Part shown: positions 58,079-64,000 of the stretch, piece by piece
Layout of the letters: the number at the start of each line of letters is the position of its first letter
Position numbering within the stretch: the first letter of the stretch is position 1
Virus record (IMG/VR): IMGVR_UViG_3300027770_000035
Reading direction: 5' to 3' (one strand)
Source of the DNA: an uncultured virus (IMG/VR IMGVR_UViG_3300027770_000035)
Taxonomy: Duplodnaviria; Heunggongvirae; Uroviricota; Caudoviricetes
DNA length: 64,000 nucleotides
Notes under the pieces: model-generated
Databases searched by the model: none
Seen by the model: only the letters and a program-made list of their open reading frames with translations
What the model was told of the DNA's origin: nothing
Made by a program: the position numbers and the translations under genes

Positions 58079-58858
58079 CTACAGTCCAAACAGTTTCAGG
58101 ATCGACCCAACTACGGGCACCTTTGCTGTATACTTATTCAGGTAACTGATACCTAACAGATCAAACCTTACCAGAGTAGTATTCTTCTTTTGTTTCTTCA
58201 GGTTCTTTATCTTATCCATGATGTTCTGATACTGAAGCATGATGTTATTGATGTTTCTTATTGATGCATTCAACTCATTGATGATATGCAAAGGTACGCC
58301 CAGAGTAGGAACCAGACTGGTTATATCAGACAGATTACCCGTAAGGGCTGGTATGATCTTATTGATATCAGTAATATTCTTTGCTGTCAGGGTTCCTGTC
58401 TTTGATATGTCCTTTGAAATATTACTGAAGGATGTTATCGTTGACTGAGAAGTATTGATCAGGGATCTTGATGATCCTGTTATTCCATTCAGGGAACCAG
58501 ATATATTCAGGGTATCGAATGCCGAACTTAGTTGAGATAGTGCCTGGACGAGATTTGGACTCTGGGGTTTTTTGGGATTCCTGAATTGCTTATATGCAAC
58601 ATTAGCTACCGGGGCGGCGAAGCCGAATATAGCAATGATATCCTTGGCATACTTAGCCTCATTGATTACCTTGTCGGCCTTGATTAGTTTATCCGCAATT
58701 AGCTTTCGGGCCTTTACCTCATAACTCTTGATCTTGACCTGGGTGGCATGAACCTTCGCCAGAGCGAGCTTGACCAGAGCGAATGCCTGATACAATACAT
58801 TACCAGTAACAGGTAAGTCAGCAGGAGGGATTGTTGGAATTGTAAATGGGAATGGCAT
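58079..58858 (-). CDS. Hypothetical protein downstream of gp5
   Basis: 259-aa ORF with GAGGA SD; basic and helical. Confidence 0.65.
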   Translation of the reverse strand: MPFPFTIPTIPPADLPVTGNVLYQAFALVKLALAKVHATQVKIKSYEVKARKLIADKLIKADKVINEAKYAKDIIAIFGFAAPVANVAYKQFRNPKKPQSPNLVQALSQLSSAFDTLNISGSLNGITGSSRSLINTSQSTITSFSNISKDISKTGTLTAKNITDINKIIPALTGNLSDITSLVPTLGVPLHIINELNASIRNINNIMLQYQNIMDKIKNLKKQKKNTTLVRFDLLGISYLNKYTAKVPVVGSILKLFGL

Positions 58859-58874
58859 AGTTATCCTCTGTGTT

Positions 58875-60149
58875 TTAGATTAGATCGAAGGTGAGTTTGC
58901 CCAGACGCAATACCTTTGGTGTCATCAATGATATGCCTGATACTGTTGACATACCAATACCTGCGGCTCCGGCAGTGATATCCAGGCCTTTCGAGCCTGA
59001 TGCCAACTGAACATACCCACCCTGGAGTTGTAACATACCATCTGTCTTTATTGTTATTCCAAGGGGAGCACTCAGGGCAAGAAACCCCTTCGAGGTTATT
59101 GTTGTTGATGATGTGGAATTGACAGTGACATTGGTTCCGGCCACTGTTGCATTGCCTCCACCCAGGGCCTGAATACTTACATCACCCTTACCATAGGTAT
59201 ATATATCTATTCCCGTGCCATCACTCGCACAAGTCAGAGTAACATCACCCCCCACATCACAGGTCATGTCTCCGGTCAGATCCAGATAAGTATCACCATC
59301 CACAGATACCGTTGCATTGTTCTTGATTGTAATATTTGCATCATTGTTTATTTCGATGTTAGCATCCTTATTACAGGATACATTCACATCACCATTGACT
59401 GTCAGATTACATACACCATCCACATAGGCATAGTCTCCACCCATGACAATAGAATAATTATCATTGACTACCTTGGTGACCTTGCTGCCATCTGGACCAA
59501 TCTCATAGTATGTTCCCATTCTATGATACTCATGTATTCTCTCGTTGTCCGGAGTATCATCGTATTCCTTGATATGTCCGGACTCGGTTTCATAAACATG
59601 ATTGTAGGGATAGGTTGTGTTGTAAAGAGGTGTGGGTTCGTCCCAGGCATCATCGGCATTAAGGGCGACCGATATTCCTGTCTGTAGATTCTTCTTCTTC
59701 TCGGCTACAACAGTATTGTCTATGTTCTCATTACGGGCCAGTCTGTTTGTATCTGGTTCCTTGAGATAGTCGGACAGAGGATAGAATCCATTGGGATCAT
59801 TGAAGCCCTGGTCGGACTTGGGTTCTGATTGTGGAATACCCCCGAATGTACCCAGAATCATTGGTTCCTGACAACTCTCGCCGTCTCGGAAGAACCCTAC
59901 TACCCAGGTACCTTCTACCGCACCAATAGGAGTCTGACCAATACCATTCATGCTGGCCGAAGTAACAGGCATAACAGGATAGGCCCAGGGCAGATCTTTC
60001 GTGGGAATCTTACTCTTATCCTCTGTATGAATACCCAGGATTCTTACTTGCAGTCTTCCCAGAAACAATGGGTCTGCTCGTGATTCCACCACACCCTGGA
60101 ACCATACGAAGCCATCGAACCCCATGAATTGATCAGTTGATTTAAGCAC
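58875..60149 (-). CDS. gp5: Baseplate hub/spike gp5-like, no lysozyme domain evident
   Basis: WFQGVVE.R.DP..LGR..VR..G.H, LPWA, GTWVVGFFRDG, YPYNHVYETESGH..EYDDTP..ERI, beta-helix repeats. Confidence 0.92.
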   Translation of the reverse strand: MLKSTDQFMGFDGFVWFQGVVESRADPLFLGRLQVRILGIHTEDKSKIPTKDLPWAYPVMPVTSASMNGIGQTPIGAVEGTWVVGFFRDGESCQEPMILGTFGGIPQSEPKSDQGFNDPNGFYPLSDYLKEPDTNRLARNENIDNTVVAEKKKNLQTGISVALNADDAWDEPTPLYNTTYPYNHVYETESGHIKEYDDTPDNERIHEYHRMGTYYEIGPDGSKVTKVVNDNYSIVMGGDYAYVDGVCNLTVNGDVNVSCNKDANIEINNDANITIKNNATVSVDGDTYLDLTGDMTCDVGGDVTLTCASDGTGIDIYTYGKGDVSIQALGGGNATVAGTNVTVNSTSSTTITSKGFLALSAPLGITIKTDGMLQLQGGYVQLASGSKGLDITAGAAGIGMSTVSGISLMTPKVLRLGKLTFDLI

Positions 60150-61536
60150 CCGGTTTGAAATCCTTCACATCTATATTCAATGATTCCTTGGAACAATCCA
60201 GAAATATTCTGTACTCCGAAGGAGAGCGTGAGATCGTATGTCGAATACTATTCACCATATACTTACCAGAGTAGAATGGATCGAGAGCCTGGGTGTCGGC
60301 TTCAATTGAATTCAGTTGAAAGTTGATCAGATCCCCGGACTCGGTCAGACCATCACCAGGTAATATTATTCTCAGTCTGAAATTATTTAGGGACTGGATT
60401 CGATCCAGTCGAGCCGATGATATATTGGAAAGGTAATTAGGATTCTCGCTGGTTCCAGAGGATGCCAGCATCTGATGGGCCTCCGCATAGTCAGGATCAG
60501 TAAAGGTCTTACCAAATGAATCTATTACTCCCGTAGAGAATTTGGATGAGTTGACATGCTTATACTTTCCGAAATTCTTATCATATTGATAATCATGTTT
60601 GGTCAGGGTCTTGTTGGTGATATCATGAGCAAGGAGTCTGGAATTGAACATACCTCGACTAACATTGTTCAGAGTATCAAAGGAATGAATGATCTCGTAG
60701 TTCAGGGCATTGGAGAAGTTCATAGAATCCCCATCACTCCGAGGACTCTGGGGCACTGTGATAGGACTGTAGAAGATAGTCTTACGAACATCACCTCCCC
60801 ACAGATCAATCAGTTCATCCGTTGACAGGAACCAATACTTTGTGGAGGATTGATCGGATAGATCCGAAGTCCGGGAGCGATTGGAACTGGTAACTATTCC
60901 ATCATTGTACAGAGACTGATAGAAGAAGAACTGAGGAGTCTTATGCTTCTTCGAGATTGATCGAGAGGCCAACCAGGAGATTGCCTTGAGCGGACTCCAT
61001 GAAGGAATTACTACAGTCTGATTGTGCAGAGTATCTTCGAACTCCACGGACGAGGATGTCTTCTTATAATACTCCGAGAAGATCTTCGATACCATCTTAC
61101 CCAAGGACATATCCTTATAGGACTGGGATATCTTTATTTGTTTATCAAGAATAAGTTCTTCGGAGCAGAAATGTATCTCATAGTTCTGGGCACCCTCATT
61201 CACCAGACTCATGTTCTTGATGTCGGTTACCTTACCAGTAAATGATATCTTATTCTTTTTGGGTGGACTCCAGGTTCCATCCTCATTCTGTACCTTGAAG
61301 TCAGGAGCATTGAAGGTGAATTGAATAAGCTCGTTTCCCATGATAGGAAGGGAAGCCGTCCCCGAGATCAGATTGTGGGTATCAGTAACAACAATATACC
61401 CAGTAAGACAGGGAGCCAGGATGGACTCGAAGATATTGATCTGCTGATATATTCCAATCAGGTCCACGTACTGCGAACCATAGGTGGAGAATATATCCAG
61501 GGATTCTAATTCAAATTGTCCGGGTAGAATAGGCAT
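60142..61536 (-). CDS. Baseplate hub protein (gp27-like position)
   Basis: INIFESI, LPIMGNE, IPSWSPL.AI.WL, PGD...GD.I, YSGKYMV..IRH; lies between gp53 and gp5. Confidence 0.75.
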   Translation of the reverse strand: MPILPGQFELESLDIFSTYGSQYVDLIGIYQQINIFESILAPCLTGYIVVTDTHNLISGTASLPIMGNELIQFTFNAPDFKVQNEDGTWSPPKKNKISFTGKVTDIKNMSLVNEGAQNYEIHFCSEELILDKQIKISQSYKDMSLGKMVSKIFSEYYKKTSSSVEFEDTLHNQTVVIPSWSPLKAISWLASRSISKKHKTPQFFFYQSLYNDGIVTSSNRSRTSDLSDQSSTKYWFLSTDELIDLWGGDVRKTIFYSPITVPQSPRSDGDSMNFSNALNYEIIHSFDTLNNVSRGMFNSRLLAHDITNKTLTKHDYQYDKNFGKYKHVNSSKFSTGVIDSFGKTFTDPDYAEAHQMLASSGTSENPNYLSNISSARLDRIQSLNNFRLRIILPGDGLTESGDLINFQLNSIEADTQALDPFYSGKYMVNSIRHTISRSPSEYRIFLDCSKESLNIDVKDFKPGA

Positions 61537-62075
61537 TATTGATTGGCCAGGCTTGAGTATAGTTTCACAAATTGATTAACATACTTCGGGTTTATGACCT
61601 TGAAGGTTCTCTTGGCCTCGTTGGTATTTGTCTCGTCATCATACAGAGAGATAGAATACTTGGTGGGATCTGATGATGCCGTGTACGCAGTCTGATTCAC
61701 CTCGACATAGTTTGTGGTATAGGTCGAAGCCTTTATGAAATATCTGAAGGAGGTCGTCGCTGCCGTGATCGAGCCATACTTACTCACAATGAATTCGGTG
61801 AACTGAGAGGCCGATAAGGGAAAGTTATAGAACTTATCGAAGACTCGGTTGATGACAAGAATGGTCCAGTAGTATGCGGGAGTGCCATAGAGAGTCTGGG
61901 AGATACTTTCTAGGGACTCATGATCGGACATGGTGTAGTCATAATACACTGTCTTATCATCGATGAGAGCCATCTGCTTGATGACTCTGGTCGTGATGTT
62001 CTTCAGGATATTATATTGCGTCTTGTCCTGGAAGTCAGGATAAAGAACATAGTTGATGGGAGCAAAGTATGGCAT
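61536..62075 (-). CDS. gp53: Baseplate wedge subunit gp53
   Basis: MPYF, LysM-like ESISQTLYGTPAYYWTILVIN, KYG, NEAKR. Confidence 0.85.
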   Translation of the reverse strand: MPYFAPINYVLYPDFQDKTQYNILKNITTRVIKQMALIDDKTVYYDYTMSDHESLESISQTLYGTPAYYWTILVINRVFDKFYNFPLSASQFTEFIVSKYGSITAATTSFRYFIKASTYTTNYVEVNQTAYTASSDPTKYSISLYDDETNTNEAKRTFKVINPKYVNQFVKLYSSLANQ

Positions 62076-62094
62076 ATGATTATTTAACTAGTCT

Positions 62095-63195
62095 CTATGA
62101 CATTGGAACTGGAAGTATGATCGGTGTTTTCCCCGGTCCTGGTAAGGTAAATTCAGTTGGAACTTGCGTAGTAGCAGCTCCCTCTAACTTACCATTCACA
62201 CCCGGAGATATAGCCAAACCTTCTCCATGAATATAACTATCAAAGGCATTCACAACAGACTTAGTCATGACCTGAGTTTCCTGGAATGATAGGCTCAATG
62301 TTAGTTCTACGGGAGAACCATCGACGTGGGATACTATCTCCTTTTCTCCATAGGTAACATCCATCTTTGTTAGTACACAGGTGGAGATGGCAGGGAGATA
62401 CGGATTTAGTTTAGGAGAACCCCCCTCATACATATAGAATGCCATATCAAATTCGGAAGGATAAGTTAAAGTCAATCCTCCACCCAATCCAGCAATCCCA
62501 TTACCCAGATCAGGTAGCATATGATATCGGAGAAGGCGTATGATGTAGTCAATGGTATCAGTTTCTGTCTTATCCCGAGCCACTAACTTATATTGGAAGG
62601 TGAAGTTTCTCAATTCCACACCCTTGAACAGGAGTTGTTTGTGGGGGTTGATTATTGCTCTAAACCCAGCCGATGCAGAATTTACTCCTATTTCTCTAGT
62701 ATTGGCGGCAACGGTGCCTATTAACGTACCTAAAGATCCAGCAATAGGACTTTTTACTTTAAGAACATCAGTTGCTAATGATCCGCCGCCCTGTAAAATA
62801 CTGTAACCTAATTTAGCCCCCGCAGTTCCAAAATCGAATCCCTCATACTTGGCCTCAGCATTAGCCGAAATGTTCAGTGGGATAGGTAGGTAGATAGATT
62901 TCACGGTCTTACTTCCACCACTACTTCGACCAATGAAATTCCCACCTTGATTACTCTGGAACTTATCTATTATTGAACCAGTTATTTGTGAATCACCTGA
63001 AGCTTTACCTCGGGCCGGAACGCCAGCTACAGTTTTGATTGTAGGGGAAAATTTAATATCAGGAGATTTGGTATCACTATCTACATTGATGTATATCGCC
63101 ATGAACTGATTGCCATATCGATTACCTGCATGGACAAGATCATTTGGGTATACAATCGTAGTGGGATCAGTTGGGTTGGTCGCTAGGATGGCCAT
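62095..63195 (-). CDS. gp48: Baseplate tail-tube cap gp48-like
   Basis: YP.DL, IYLPIP, NPHKQLLFKGVELRNFTF, YPSEF, CVLT...V.Y, LSLSFQE. Confidence 0.85.
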   Translation of the reverse strand: MAILATNPTDPTTIVYPNDLVHAGNRYGNQFMAIYINVDSDTKSPDIKFSPTIKTVAGVPARGKASGDSQITGSIIDKFQSNQGGNFIGRSSGGSKTVKSIYLPIPLNISANAEAKYEGFDFGTAGAKLGYSILQGGGSLATDVLKVKSPIAGSLGTLIGTVAANTREIGVNSASAGFRAIINPHKQLLFKGVELRNFTFQYKLVARDKTETDTIDYIIRLLRYHMLPDLGNGIAGLGGGLTLTYPSEFDMAFYMYEGGSPKLNPYLPAISTCVLTKMDVTYGEKEIVSHVDGSPVELTLSLSFQETQVMTKSVVNAFDSYIHGEGLAISPGVNGKLEGAATTQVPTEFTLPGPGKTPIILPVPMS

Positions 63196-63237
63196 ATCAG
63201 ATATTATTTATACATGCCGAATAAATATCTTCTAACA

Positions 63238-63681
63238 ATGAGTAAATACTTACAGGGGCAGTTCATTCCCATCAATCCGAAGAAGTATCGAGGCAACGTT
63301 AATAATATTATATATCGTTCGTCCTGGGAACTGAAGCTACTTCGATGGTTGGATGAACAGACCAATGTATTGGAGTATGGATCAGAGGAGATAGTCATTC
63401 CCTATATATCTCCGGTGGATGGTAAGCCACACAGATACTTCGTGGACTTCTATGTCAAGCTAAGAAGTTCCAACGGACAGATCAAGAAGTATATCGTCGA
63501 AGTCAAACCCTATGATCAGACTCTTCCTCCGAAGAAGAAGTCCCGAGTAACTCCCCGATATATCAAGGAGTGTCAGACCTATGCGGTCAATCAGGCTAAA
63601 TGGATCGCCGCCAAGAAGTTTGCCGAGTACAACAACATTGAGTTTGTGGTCATGACCGAAAAAGAATTATACGGTAAATAA
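63238..63681 (+). CDS. gp4: Head completion nuclease gp4 (start moved to MSKYLQG)
   Basis: PINPKKYRG, YRSSWE, SEEIVIPY.SP.D...HRYFVDF, EVKP, VNQAKW.AA, TEKEL. Confidence 0.93.
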   Translation: MSKYLQGQFIPINPKKYRGNVNNIIYRSSWELKLLRWLDEQTNVLEYGSEEIVIPYISPVDGKPHRYFVDFYVKLRSSNGQIKKYIVEVKPYDQTLPPKKKSRVTPRYIKECQTYAVNQAKWIAAKKFAEYNNIEFVVMTEKELYGK

Positions 63682-63689
63682 ATACTCGT

Positions 63690-64000
63690 ATGGCATTCAA
63701 TGTAAACGATATAGTCACGAGTATCAATAAGGATGGAGTCCTCAAGCCATCTAAGTTTGAGGTTAAGTTCGTTCGTGGTGGGTTGAAAGAATTAGGTACA
63801 ATTCGTTGTATCGCCGCAATGATTCCTGGTATGACGATCAACACCACAGACTTCAGGTTACATGGTGGAATGCCCGTACTACGAGTACCAGTATCAAGAA
63901 CCTACAATGATATTAGACTAACATTTCTCACAACAAAAGATTCAAAAGATCGATATCAATTTGAGATATGGATGAAATCCATTCAGAACTTCAGTACAAA
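63690..64000 (+). CDS. Tail tube initiator gp54-like, truncated by the window edge
   Basis: MAFNVNDIVTSINKDGVLKPSKFEVKF...AAMIPGMTINT...VPVSRTYNDIRLTF...FEIWM. Confidence 0.65.
   Translation, partial: MAFNVNDIVTSINKDGVLKPSKFEVKFVRGGLKELGTIRCIAAMIPGMTINTTDFRLHGGMPVLRVPVSRTYNDIRLTFLTTKDSKDRYQFEIWMKSIQNFST

Overview
A 64-kb segment of a T4-like (myovirus) dsDNA phage genome, standard genetic code. In order: a collagen-like fibre gene running off the left edge; a ~10-kb cluster of glycosyltransferases, methyltransferases and a sugar-nucleotide enzyme (2.0-12.2 kb); neck and tail-terminator genes gp15/gp14/gp13; primase, ThyX, class II ribonucleotide reductase and a host-type DUF1552 gene; small early genes; tRNA-Ile2(CAT); RNase H, gp45/gp44/gp62 and RegA; proteins with T4-type capsid-targeting leaders, gp3, a GIY-YIG homing endonuclease and a RuvC-like nuclease; tail fibre and baseplate genes (VrlC-like, gp8, gp7, gp6); an island of small genes each behind a near-identical sigma70 promoter; gp25; a non-coding region with four perfect DnaA boxes; gp5, hub, gp53, gp48, gp4 and a gp54-like gene at the right edge. 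Most notable: (1) a possible virion-glycosylation system, in which a G-A/S-T/S-G motif forms the collagen repeat and is also scattered through outer baseplate and neck proteins; (2) a DnaA-box cluster in a phage with its own replisome; (3) a promoter-cassette array and mostly leaderless transcripts; (4) enzymes carrying capsid-targeting leaders; (5) a symmetric inverted-repeat element between divergent promoters; (6) tandem Ser-X repeat peptides with a shared leader. All protein calls come from motif recognition, not database searches. The host suggestion (Acidobacteriota-like) is inference only.
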